A stretch of DNA of 40,049 nt from Elusimicrobiota bacterium. Lineage in GTDB: Bacteria > Elusimicrobiota > Elusimicrobia > 2-01-FULL-59-12. Location of the stretch: assembly GCA_038241515.1 (NCBI GenBank), contig JBBSDO010000002.1:1-40049 (forward strand), written 5' to 3'. Below, piece by piece: positions 17,576 through 25,479 of the stretch. Under the pieces are notes generated by a model. The model saw nothing but the letters and a program-made list of their open reading frames with translations, searched no databases and was not told the DNA's origin. A program made the translations under genes and the position numbers. How positions within the stretch are numbered: the first letter of the stretch is position 1; each line of letters starts with the position of its first letter.

Positions 17576-18493
17576 ATGAATATCCGGATCGGCACGCGAA
17601 AAAGTCCCTTGGCACAAATTCAGGCTACTTGGGTAGCTGCGCAGATCCGCGAAAGGTTTCCTGAGATCGGGGTGGAATTAGTGGGGATTACCACATCGGG
17701 AGATAGGCCCTCACCCTACCCTCTTCCTCAGGGAGAGGGCCCTGGTGGGCTTAAAGCCCTTTTTACCAAAGAAATCGAAGAAGCCTTGTTAGCTAATCAC
17801 ATCGACCTGGCGGTACACTCCCTCAAGGATATGGCCACCGAACTTCCGAAGGGACTGGTCCTATCGGCCGTTCCACTTCGCGAAGACCCGCGCGACGTAT
17901 GGATTTCAAAAACTCACATACCCTTTAATGAGGTCAAAGAAGGAGCGAAGATCGGGACAGGCGCAGTCCGCCGTCATGCGCAATTGCGCCACCTGCGACC
18001 CGACTTCCAAGTTCTTCCACTGCGCGGCAACGTAGACACCCGTCTTCAAAGACTTCGGGAAGACGATTGGGATGGAATTATACTGGCCCTGGCAGGCTTA
18101 AAGCGCCTGGGACGACAATCGGCGGTCACCGAGATTCTCTCGAACGACATCATGCTCCCGGCGGTCGGGCAAGGCGCTTTGGCGATCGAAACCCGCGAGC
18201 GTCGGGACGACCTATCTCCGATCCTCGCCGCCCTCAATCATCAGGCGACGCATCAGGCGGTCCTTTGCGAACGAGCGCTTCTTCGAACTCTAGGGGGAAG
18301 CTGTCAGACTCCGATCGCCGCCTACGCGGAGGTTCATGGAACGACCATTACGCTGAGTGCCCTTGTTGCTTCGCCCGCAGGCGCGCCTTATTTTCGCAAC
18401 GAGGCAAGTGATTCAGCGGAAAATGCGGAGACGCTGGGACGCGCGCTGGCGAAGGAACTGCTAATCGCTGGAGCGGATAAAATTCTTGCCTAA
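17576..18493 (+). CDS. hemC: hydroxymethylbilane synthase (porphobilinogen deaminase)
   Basis: 305 aa containing IRIGTRKSPLAQ, AVHSLKD, LRGNVDTRL, LPAVGQGALAIE and the cofactor Cys in GGSCQTPI. Confidence 0.95.
   Translation: MNIRIGTRKSPLAQIQATWVAAQIRERFPEIGVELVGITTSGDRPSPYPLPQGEGPGGLKALFTKEIEEALLANHIDLAVHSLKDMATELPKGLVLSAVPLREDPRDVWISKTHIPFNEVKEGAKIGTGAVRRHAQLRHLRPDFQVLPLRGNVDTRLQRLREDDWDGIILALAGLKRLGRQSAVTEILSNDIMLPAVGQGALAIETRERRDDLSPILAALNHQATHQAVLCERALLRTLGGSCQTPIAAYAEVHGTTITLSALVASPAGAPYFRNEASDSAENAETLGRALAKELLIAGADKILA
17706..17746 (+). repeat. REP-like GC-rich palindromic element lying in frame inside hemC
   Basis: In GGCCCTCACCCTACCCTCTTCCTCAGGGAGAGGGCCC, the arm CCCTCTTCC pairs with GGGAGAGGG to form a 9-bp stem with one G-U pair and a 3-nt loop. 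It encodes PSPYPLPQGEGP. A reverse-orientation relative lies at 22584-22630. Confidence 0.6.
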
Positions 18494-18553
18494 GGGTCGA
18501 AGCCCAAGGGGTTTGCCGATCAGTCGGAAATTTGATAGTTTGCGAGTGACCTT

Positions 18554-19594
18554 ATGCGCATTTTGATCACCGGGGCGGCAGGGATGATCGGCAGTCATGC
18601 CGCGGAATACTACGCCAAAGCCGGCCACCAAGTGATTGCGTTCGACAATCTCATGCGCTCGCGACTTTTTGGGTCGACCCACCCTTCCGTTGAATACAAC
18701 TGGCAGTTTCTCGAGCGCTTTTCCAATGTGACCCGCGTCGTCGGAGATGTCCGAAATGAAGCGGAGGTCCGCAAAGTCCTAGGGGACGGCGTCGATGCCC
18801 TGATCCATGCCGCGGGTCAACCGGGCGTGTCTTACTCGCTGCAAAACCCCCGTGAAGACTTCACGATCAACGCGCAGGGAACGTTGAACGTCCTGGAATG
18901 CACGCGACTCATTTCGCCTAAAGCGCGCTTCGTGCTTTGTTCGACGAATAAAGTCTACGGACAAGGGGTCGACTCGATTCCTTTGCGTGAAGAGACGAAA
19001 CGCTACGATTTCGAGGGCCCGATCCGGGCTCTGCCAGAAACCTTCCCTATCGATCATGTCGGGCATACCCCTTATGGAGCGTCGAAATACGTCGGGGACC
19101 TCTATGCCCAGGAATACGCTCACGCGTATCGAATGCCGACGGCTGTTTTTCGCATGTCCTGCATCTATGGCACCCGCCAGTTTGGCTTCGAGGATCAGGG
19201 ATGGCTGGCCTGGTTTATCATCTGCTGCAAAAAAGGAAAACCGATTACGATCTATGGCAATGGAAAGCAGGTGCGCGATGTCCTTTTCGTGTCAGATTTG
19301 ATTAAGGCGTACGACGCTTTCATCCAAGGTGATCGGCCTCACGGTGTTTACAACATGGGCGGCGGACGCGAACACACTCTTTCGTTACTGGAACTATTAG
19401 ACGAGATCCAAGAATGCGGTCTTAAACTTCCCTCCGTGACCTATGCCGATTGGCGGATGTTCGACCAGAAGGTCTACATTTCAGATATCGCCAAAGCCAA
19501 AGCAGATTTTCAGTGGAAGCCGAAGGTTACTCCAACCCAAGGCGTGCAGCACCTTGTGGAGTGGGTATCTCAGAATACCGCGTTGTTTAATTAA
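18554..19594 (+). CDS. NAD-dependent sugar-nucleotide epimerase/dehydratase (extended SDR; CDP-paratose 2-epimerase-like)
   Basis: MRILITGAAGMIGSH (GxxGxxG), the catalytic YGASK, and FGFEDQGWLAWF, which I remember from RfbE-type epimerases. Confidence 0.85.
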   Translation: MRILITGAAGMIGSHAAEYYAKAGHQVIAFDNLMRSRLFGSTHPSVEYNWQFLERFSNVTRVVGDVRNEAEVRKVLGDGVDALIHAAGQPGVSYSLQNPREDFTINAQGTLNVLECTRLISPKARFVLCSTNKVYGQGVDSIPLREETKRYDFEGPIRALPETFPIDHVGHTPYGASKYVGDLYAQEYAHAYRMPTAVFRMSCIYGTRQFGFEDQGWLAWFIICCKKGKPITIYGNGKQVRDVLFVSDLIKAYDAFIQGDRPHGVYNMGGGREHTLSLLELLDEIQECGLKLPSVTYADWRMFDQKVYISDIAKAKADFQWKPKVTPTQGVQHLVEWVSQNTALFN

Positions 19595-19600
19595 AAGATC

Positions 19601-21793
19601 GTGCCTAAGCCTGCATCTCTGGCCTCCCAACCGGCAACGACCTGGCGTATTCCTCAACGTTTTATTCGACCGCTCTTTGCACTTTGGGCAGGCGGCGTCT
19701 TCCTCATTTACCTACAAAATGCCAGTCCCAATCTAAACTACCTCTTACATATCCTCGATGAACTCGCTGGAATGTCGTTTTTCCACGCCTACACACTTAA
19801 GCTGTTGAAATCTGCCGGAGTAGCGGTGTGGCTCGTATGGGTGGCCTTTCAAATGGGGAATGCCTTCATCCGCCGGATTCTTCGCGATCACGAGTTGGGT
19901 TGGCCAGAACGATGGTCTCTCGGACTCGCCGCCGGTTATGGCGGCTACTTTCTTCTCATGGCCTCCGTGGGCGCCGCAAGTCTATGGTATCCATCCGTTT
20001 TATGGGCATCGACAATTGTTTGTGGGCTCCTCTTTGGATGGAGGCGCCATACTCCAGAATGGCAAAGCAAGACTGATGCCAACAAGAAAGCAGCGCCCTG
20101 GAAATTTATTTGGATCGGTTATCTGGTGCTCTTATCCTTGTTGTTCCTTCTAGCCCTAGCGACGCCCGAAGTCTTTTACGACACCCTTTACTATCACATC
20201 GCAGTTCCTAATTTATATCGGATCGCACATCGCATTTATAATCTGCCCTCTCTTCTCTTCTCTAATTTTGTCCTCACCATTCAGCTCGTTTACGGCTTGG
20301 CCGTAACCCTAGGGACGGAAATCACCGCAAAATTGATTCATGGTTCAATGGGAATGGGTCTTGCCGCCGCATTTTTCGCATTTGAAAAACGTTGGTTTTC
20401 CAAAGGAAGCGCGCTTTTGTCTTGTGTTTTGTTTTTTTCAATTCCACTTGTTGGAATGAACCTCGTTACTACGGGAACAGATGTGGGCTGGAGCTTTTTG
20501 CATGTGACTGCGACCTATGCTCTTCTTCGCGGCCTTCTAGAATACGAAACACGATGGTTAGTCTTGGCCGGCTTACTCACTGGCCTGTCTGCCAGTTGCA
20601 AATACCCGGGTCTTCCGTATATCCCGTTGGCCGGAATCCTTCTCGTGTGGCATCTTTTTAAGGATCAAAAGAGGACAGCGGGAGAAGTCTTGAAAGGTTT
20701 ACTCCTTTTTGGGGTGCCTGCCCTGGCTATGCTCGTCCCCATGCTGATCAGAAATGTAGCGTTCCACAGTAATCCGCTTTATCCGTTTGGGGGAACTCAG
20801 TTCGGAACTCCGCGGATCGATCCGCATTACTGGGCCACCTTCATTGGCGATGCCAATACGCGGGTCTTGAAGCGCGAATTTCAAAGTGTTTTCACGGCTT
20901 TTCACTTTGTATTTCATCCCTGGTTTATCACGATGACGGGCCGCAGTAACAGCGATTTCATCGGACCGCTCTACCTAATGGCTCTTCCTCTTTTGTTTCT
21001 ATTGCGCGCCCCGTCGCCCGCCTTTCGGCTATTACGGCGATATGTGAGCTTACTGTGGTTGCTCTGGATGTGCAGCACGACGATGCCTCGGTACGGCCTA
21101 CCGGCTTTAGCCTTAGCTGTTTTGCTCTTGGCCGAAGCGCTCGTTCGTTTGACAGAAAAATCAAAATGGCGTCCTGCTATCTTGGGGCTGATTCTCGCAG
21201 CGAGCATCAGCAATCTCCTTTGGTTCTTGATCGCTTCCTACGGGACAGACGGATGGCGGGTCGTCGGTGGGCTTCAAAGTGAAGAAGCCTATTTGGGCGA
21301 CAGTCATGGAACTTATCCTACTCCCCCTTACACCGCCATCGCTTGGATGAACCAACACTTGCCGAAAAACTCTAAAGTCCTTTTTGCGGGAGAGGCGCGC
21401 AGCCACTACATCAATTTCCCAGTAATACCCAGCTCTGTTCCGGATCCGCAGCCCATCGTTGAGCTGGCACGGCACTCCCGCAATGGCGCCGATCTGGCTC
21501 GGCAGCTTCGTGAACTAGGCGTGACGCACATTTTCCTAAACTTTGCCGAGGCCGCGCGCACGGAAGGTTATGGGCTTTTCCCTTGGAACGAGGCCAACTG
21601 GCAGATATTCACCGACTTTTGGTCGCATGATGTTCATCTCCTTTGGAAAGAAGAGCATTTCGAACCGAATAATTTAAAGGCGCTGTACGTATTCGACATC
21701 TTGGATGAGAAGATGGCTAGTATTCCGCACGCCCCGGCTCCCAATCCCTTTCAAAGATGGGCTCCGAAACCTACAATCTCTGGGACCCTATGA
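19601..21793 (+). CDS. large polytopic membrane protein with a C-terminal soluble domain; putative GT-C-type (ArnT/PMT-like) glycosyltransferase
   Basis: 730 aa with a GTG start. More than 10 hydrophobic segments in the first ~520 aa are followed by a ~200-aa soluble tail. It is translationally coupled (ATGA) to a GT2 gene and preceded by an epimerase. The GT-C assignment is contextual and not motif-proven. Confidence 0.6.
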   Translation: MPKPASLASQPATTWRIPQRFIRPLFALWAGGVFLIYLQNASPNLNYLLHILDELAGMSFFHAYTLKLLKSAGVAVWLVWVAFQMGNAFIRRILRDHELGWPERWSLGLAAGYGGYFLLMASVGAASLWYPSVLWASTIVCGLLFGWRRHTPEWQSKTDANKKAAPWKFIWIGYLVLLSLLFLLALATPEVFYDTLYYHIAVPNLYRIAHRIYNLPSLLFSNFVLTIQLVYGLAVTLGTEITAKLIHGSMGMGLAAAFFAFEKRWFSKGSALLSCVLFFSIPLVGMNLVTTGTDVGWSFLHVTATYALLRGLLEYETRWLVLAGLLTGLSASCKYPGLPYIPLAGILLVWHLFKDQKRTAGEVLKGLLLFGVPALAMLVPMLIRNVAFHSNPLYPFGGTQFGTPRIDPHYWATFIGDANTRVLKREFQSVFTAFHFVFHPWFITMTGRSNSDFIGPLYLMALPLLFLLRAPSPAFRLLRRYVSLLWLLWMCSTTMPRYGLPALALAVLLLAEALVRLTEKSKWRPAILGLILAASISNLLWFLIASYGTDGWRVVGGLQSEEAYLGDSHGTYPTPPYTAIAWMNQHLPKNSKVLFAGEARSHYINFPVIPSSVPDPQPIVELARHSRNGADLARQLRELGVTHIFLNFAEAARTEGYGLFPWNEANWQIFTDFWSHDVHLLWKEEHFEPNNLKALYVFDILDEKMASIPHAPAPNPFQRWAPKPTISGTL

Positions 21794-22524
21794 AAGTTTC
21801 AATCGTCATCCCAGCTAAAAACGAAGCCGACGTTTTACCGTCGCTCTTAACGAGCGTGCAAACCGTGCTAGGGAAATGCGCGTTTTCGTCCGAAGTGATC
21901 GTCATCAATGATCATTCGTCCGATCAGACGGCCGAATTTTCTCGCGCAAAAGGCGCCATCGTCATTGATAATCCGGGGAAAGGCGGTAAGGGCCGAGCTT
22001 TAATTTGTGGATTCCAAAAAGCGGCTGGGGATTACATCATCATGTTGGATGCCGACGGATCGCATTTGCCGGAATATATTCCAGAATTTGTGGACTTGCT
22101 CGACAAGGGTTATGGACTTGTCGTCGGCTCACGCCAGCTCGGGGGGAGTGACGAATACGCTTTTGTTCGTGCGTTAGGAAATATTTTTCTCTCGGGCGTA
22201 TTTAACCTTATTACCAAGAACACGATTACCGACGTACTGAATGGCTACAAGGGCTTTCGACGCGAAGTTTTTACCCGCTTTCGCTACAAGTCAGGAGAAT
22301 TTGAGATCGAAATTGAACTCATTGCCAACGCATTGAAGGCCGGCTACAAAATCGGTGAGTTTGCCTGTCATGAAAAGTCGCGCGCAGGCGGAGAAGCCAA
22401 GTCCCGAGTCATTCGTCACGGCACTCGTTTTCTGTGGAAGATCATTCAGCTGACAATCCCCTATCGTTTATCTTCCACCTTCCGCCGCCGCGGCAGCCCA
22501 TCCGCCATCGCCAGCACTCTCTAG
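21790..22524 (+). CDS. family 2 glycosyltransferase (Dpm1/polyprenyl-phosphate sugar synthase-like)
   Basis: MKVSIVIPAKNEADVLPSLL, VIVINDHSSDQT and MLDADGSH (DxD) are GT2 motifs. The start was chosen at ATG 21790, which overlaps the upstream stop. Confidence 0.85.
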   Translation: MKVSIVIPAKNEADVLPSLLTSVQTVLGKCAFSSEVIVINDHSSDQTAEFSRAKGAIVIDNPGKGGKGRALICGFQKAAGDYIIMLDADGSHLPEYIPEFVDLLDKGYGLVVGSRQLGGSDEYAFVRALGNIFLSGVFNLITKNTITDVLNGYKGFRREVFTRFRYKSGEFEIEIELIANALKAGYKIGEFACHEKSRAGGEAKSRVIRHGTRFLWKIIQLTIPYRLSSTFRRRGSPSAIASTL

Positions 22525-22541
22525 CCCACAGGTATCGCTTT

Positions 22542-22785
22542 CGTCGTTCGACGGTGCGCGGGTAAAAAGTAGGTGGCCGGCCGGTCTCCCTCGCCCGCCG
22601 GTAGGCGGGAGAGGGTGGGGTGAGGGCACGCGCTTCAATTCTGGCGTCCTTTCCATAAGTAATCCCACCGCTGGTTCACTTGGGTTTTCAATTAGGTAAC
22701 CCCTTGCAATGGATGCTCCTCCTTAGTTCCTGGGCTTGTTGCACACTCCCATCGACCGTGCCCTCACCCGCGCACCCGTCGTTCG
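22542..22785. repeat. nested palindromic, MITE-like intergenic element flanked by 9-bp direct repeats
   Basis: CGTCGTTCG occurs at 22542-22550 and again at 22777-22785. Terminal inverted repeats are GGTGCGCGGGT (22553-22563) and ACCCGCGCACC (22766-22776). A second pair is GGGTGAGGGCACG (22618-22630) and CGTGCCCTCACCC (22757-22769). A REP-like hairpin at 22584-22616 sits between the two left arms. Confidence 0.45.
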
Positions 22786-22820
22786 TATAGGAGCGAATAA
22801 TAAGAAAGTAAAATAGTTTT

Positions 22821-23645
22821 ATGTTTAACCCCGTTATCCAAGTGCGTGGCCTTACGAAAACGTTTCGTGTTCCCCAAAAGGAGCCCGGACTTCGTGGCGC
22901 TCTAAAAGGTCTATTCAGCCGGAAGTTCCGAGAGGTCCGGGCTGTTCAAGAAATGCGCTTCGATGTGACCGAAGGCGAACTCGTTGGGTTTCTGGGTCCT
23001 AATGGAGCGGGTAAGACCACGACCCTTAAAATGTTGGCGGGTCTCTTGCATCCCAGTTCGGGCGTGGCCACGGTTCTCGGTTTTGTTCCCTGGCAGCGCG
23101 AACGCGCGTTCCAAAAACAATTCACGATGGTTATGGGTCAGCGTTCCCAGCTTTGGTGGGATTTACCGGCATGGGATTCTTTTCTTTTAAATAAGGAAAT
23201 TTATGAAATCCCGAAGACCCAGTTCGACGAAACGGTCGACGAACTGGCGGACCTGCTTGAAATTAAGGATTTGCTCGGAATTCCAGTCAAAAAGTTGTCC
23301 CTCGGGCAGCGCATGAAAGCGGAGCTGGCGTGCTCGCTCCTCCATAGGCCGCGGGTGCTGCTCCTCGATGAACCGACCATTGGACTGGATGTCGTGATGC
23401 AAAAGAAAGTTCGGGATTTCATTCTCGCCTATAACAAGCGTTGGAAGGCGACCATCCTTTTGACCAGCCACAACATGGATGATGTTTCGGAGCTTTGCTC
23501 GCGTGTCATATTGATCAACCATGGAAAGCTTCTTTTCGATGGTTCCCTTCCGCAACTGCAGGATCGTTTCGGCCAAGGAAAGCTAACGGACTCCATGCGA
23601 ACGGCTTTTGCCGCGATGGAAGTCACTCAGCCTTCAGTTTTCTAG
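22821..23645 (+). CDS. ABC transporter ATP-binding protein
   Basis: Walker A GPNGAGKTTTLKML, signature LSLGQRM and Walker B LLLDEPTIGLD. Confidence 0.9.
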   Translation: MFNPVIQVRGLTKTFRVPQKEPGLRGALKGLFSRKFREVRAVQEMRFDVTEGELVGFLGPNGAGKTTTLKMLAGLLHPSSGVATVLGFVPWQRERAFQKQFTMVMGQRSQLWWDLPAWDSFLLNKEIYEIPKTQFDETVDELADLLEIKDLLGIPVKKLSLGQRMKAELACSLLHRPRVLLLDEPTIGLDVVMQKKVRDFILAYNKRWKATILLTSHNMDDVSELCSRVILINHGKLLFDGSLPQLQDRFGQGKLTDSMRTAFAAMEVTQPSVF

Positions 23646-23650
23646 GGCCT

Positions 23651-24445
23651 ATGAAAAAATATTGGTGCGTGTTTTCCTTGTATTGGCAAGAGAACCTGCA
23701 GAAGCGTTCGAGCTTTTTTGTTGATCGATTTCGTGCCCTTGTCGTTTTGGTGAGCTTCTACTACCTATGGTCTACCCTTTTAAAAGGTCGCTCCACGTTT
23801 GCTGGGTACGACCACTCGCAAATAATTACTTACGTTTTGGGGATGAACATTCTCCAAAGCCTAGTCTTTGCGGGAAATAGTTGGGAGATGGCTGGAGAAA
23901 TAAACCACGGCCGACTATCGATATATCTCACAAAGCCCCTCAACTATTTTGTTTACACGGTTTTTCGAGAACTATCTGAAAAAGCGATCAATCTACTCTC
24001 CGCAATGATAGAGATCTCAGCGTTGTTTTGGGTCTTTCATGTGGACGTCCGCTGGCCTCATTCTGCATTTAGCTGGGTTGCGTTTGCCCTGGCTACTGTG
24101 GGAGCGACAGGGCTCTATTTTCTCCTAGCTTTCATGGTAGGCTGCGCGGGTTTTTGGACCGCGGAATCTGGAGGGCCTCGCTTCTTGATTGAACTCTTTT
24201 TGGAGTTCACGGCCGGAGCTTTTTTCCCCTTGGATGTCTTGCCCGCAGCTCTTCAGCACGCGTTGAAAGTTTTACCCTCCCCGTATATGGTTTTCTTCCC
24301 GTTGCAAGTCTTTCTGGAAAAATTAACGGCCTCTGAAATCATGCAAGGATTTGCGATCCAATTCGTGTGGCTGGGAATTTTCGGCGGCCTGACTGCGTGG
24401 GTATGGCATAGAGGGGTGGCTTTTTATGGTGCGGAAGGCAGCTGA
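23651..24445 (+). CDS. ABC-2-type transporter permease
   Basis: A ~264-aa polytopic protein starting MKKYWCVFSLYWQENLQKRSSFFVDR, located directly after the ATPase gene. The track ORF 23495-24445 is over-extended into the ATPase gene. Confidence 0.75.
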   Translation: MKKYWCVFSLYWQENLQKRSSFFVDRFRALVVLVSFYYLWSTLLKGRSTFAGYDHSQIITYVLGMNILQSLVFAGNSWEMAGEINHGRLSIYLTKPLNYFVYTVFRELSEKAINLLSAMIEISALFWVFHVDVRWPHSAFSWVAFALATVGATGLYFLLAFMVGCAGFWTAESGGPRFLIELFLEFTAGAFFPLDVLPAALQHALKVLPSPYMVFFPLQVFLEKLTASEIMQGFAIQFVWLGIFGGLTAWVWHRGVAFYGAEGS

Positions 24446-25316
24446 CGGCAGGCCTGAGGGCCGAGGGCCTAGGGCCGAGAAATTTGACGGATATAGAGCT
24501 CAGAGCTTGGGCCTTGGCCCTCGCGCGTGGGCCCTGAAGTACTCGCGTATTTGGCTGAAGCTAGCCGTGATGAGTTGGGGCGTTCAGGCCGCAACGCCTT
24601 TATCGTCGTGCGGTTATCTCCTCGGTAAATTGCTTCGCATCGCATTTTTTCTTATTTTTCTTTCCGCCATCTTTAAACACACGCAGGCTCTCGCCGGATA
24701 CTCTCTAGAGGAGGCGGCGCTTTTCTTTTTAACGTTTAATCTGGTCGATATTTTGGGCCAACTTTTCTTCCGAGGAATCTATGGAATACGCGGCATGGTC
24801 CGGGAGGGCGACTTCGATTACTATCTCATTCAGCCGACAAACGTGTTGTATCGCGTTTGCTTTAACATGGTGGACTTTCTGGATTTAATTACAGTACTGC
24901 CTGTCCTATGGCTCACGTTCTATTTCTTCCGCCAAATTCCTGGCGGGCTTAGGCCCTTTGGGTTGATCCTTTATAGCCTCCTCACTATCAACGGCCTTTT
25001 CATTGCCTTCGCCATACATGTCTTAGTCGCCTCGCTGGCCGTGCTCACTCAAGAAATGGAAAATACGATCTGGATTTATCGCGATCTGATGGCATTAGGA
25101 CGATTCCCTGCCGACATTTATAGTGGTCCAATGCGGCTCATCCTTACTTTTGTTCTTCCAATCGCTGTAATGGTTAGCTTCCCAGCCAAAGCCTATCTCG
25201 GACGCCTTTCCGGTCTGGCACTCGTTTATTCCATCTTTGTATCTATAATTAGCGTCGTTTTAAGCGTCTCCTTTTGGGCCTTCGCCACTCGAAAGTACAC
25301 TTCCATCTCATCGTAA
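24426..25316 (+). CDS. second ABC-2-type transporter permease (start uncertain)
   Basis: The polytopic product is homologous in layout to the preceding permease. The first ~36 codons of the maximal ORF are the translation of a GC-rich hairpin (24451-24534). Alternative starts are TTG 24507, CTG 24534, GTG 24567 and ATG 24570. Confidence 0.7.
   Translation: MVRKAADGRPEGRGPRAEKFDGYRAQSLGLGPRAWALKYSRIWLKLAVMSWGVQAATPLSSCGYLLGKLLRIAFFLIFLSAIFKHTQALAGYSLEEAALFFLTFNLVDILGQLFFRGIYGIRGMVREGDFDYYLIQPTNVLYRVCFNMVDFLDLITVLPVLWLTFYFFRQIPGGLRPFGLILYSLLTINGLFIAFAIHVLVASLAVLTQEMENTIWIYRDLMALGRFPADIYSGPMRLILTFVLPIAVMVSFPAKAYLGRLSGLALVYSIFVSIISVVLSVSFWAFATRKYTSISS
24451..24534. repeat. imperfect inverted repeat with tandem GGGCC(G/T)A arms between the two permease genes
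   Basis: GGCCTGAGGGCCGAGGGCCTAGGGCCGAG (24451-24479) faces CTTGGGCCTTGGCCCTCGCGCGTGGGCCC (24506-24534). The spacer between the arms contains GAGCTC. Confidence 0.45.
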
Positions 25317-25450
25317 TTCTCTTGCTCCACGGCTTGAGTGGCGGTGCGGCCCTCTGAATCGTGTACACCACCGAGTTATCCATTCGTTTGGATTACCCAT
25401 CGCACCCTCCCTCGTAAACATTCACATCTATTTACATAGCCGTTTAAGGC

Positions 25451-25479
25451 TTGACAGTCACAAATACCCCGGCTAGACT
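25451..25479 (+). promoter_or_regulatory. near-consensus sigma70-type promoter heading the giant-protein operon
   Basis: TTGACA (25451-25456), a 17-nt spacer, then TAGACT (25474-25479). It lies in a 365-bp non-coding gap, and all downstream genes are co-oriented. Confidence 0.5.

Noticed and set aside
22468-22668. 66-aa minus-strand ORF (…VPSPHPLPPTGGRGRPAG…) in the GT2-ABC intergenic region.
   Set aside because: It is the translation of the REP-like palindrome. Such PSP..GEG/GRG peptides are a known artefact of these elements.
23187-23626. Minus-strand ORFs (129, 73 and 65 aa), plus the 5' extension 23495-23650 of the first permease ORF.
   Set aside because: They overlap the ABC ATPase CDS, which has Walker A, Walker B and signature motifs. 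The permease has a clean ATG at 23651, 5 nt after the ATPase stop.
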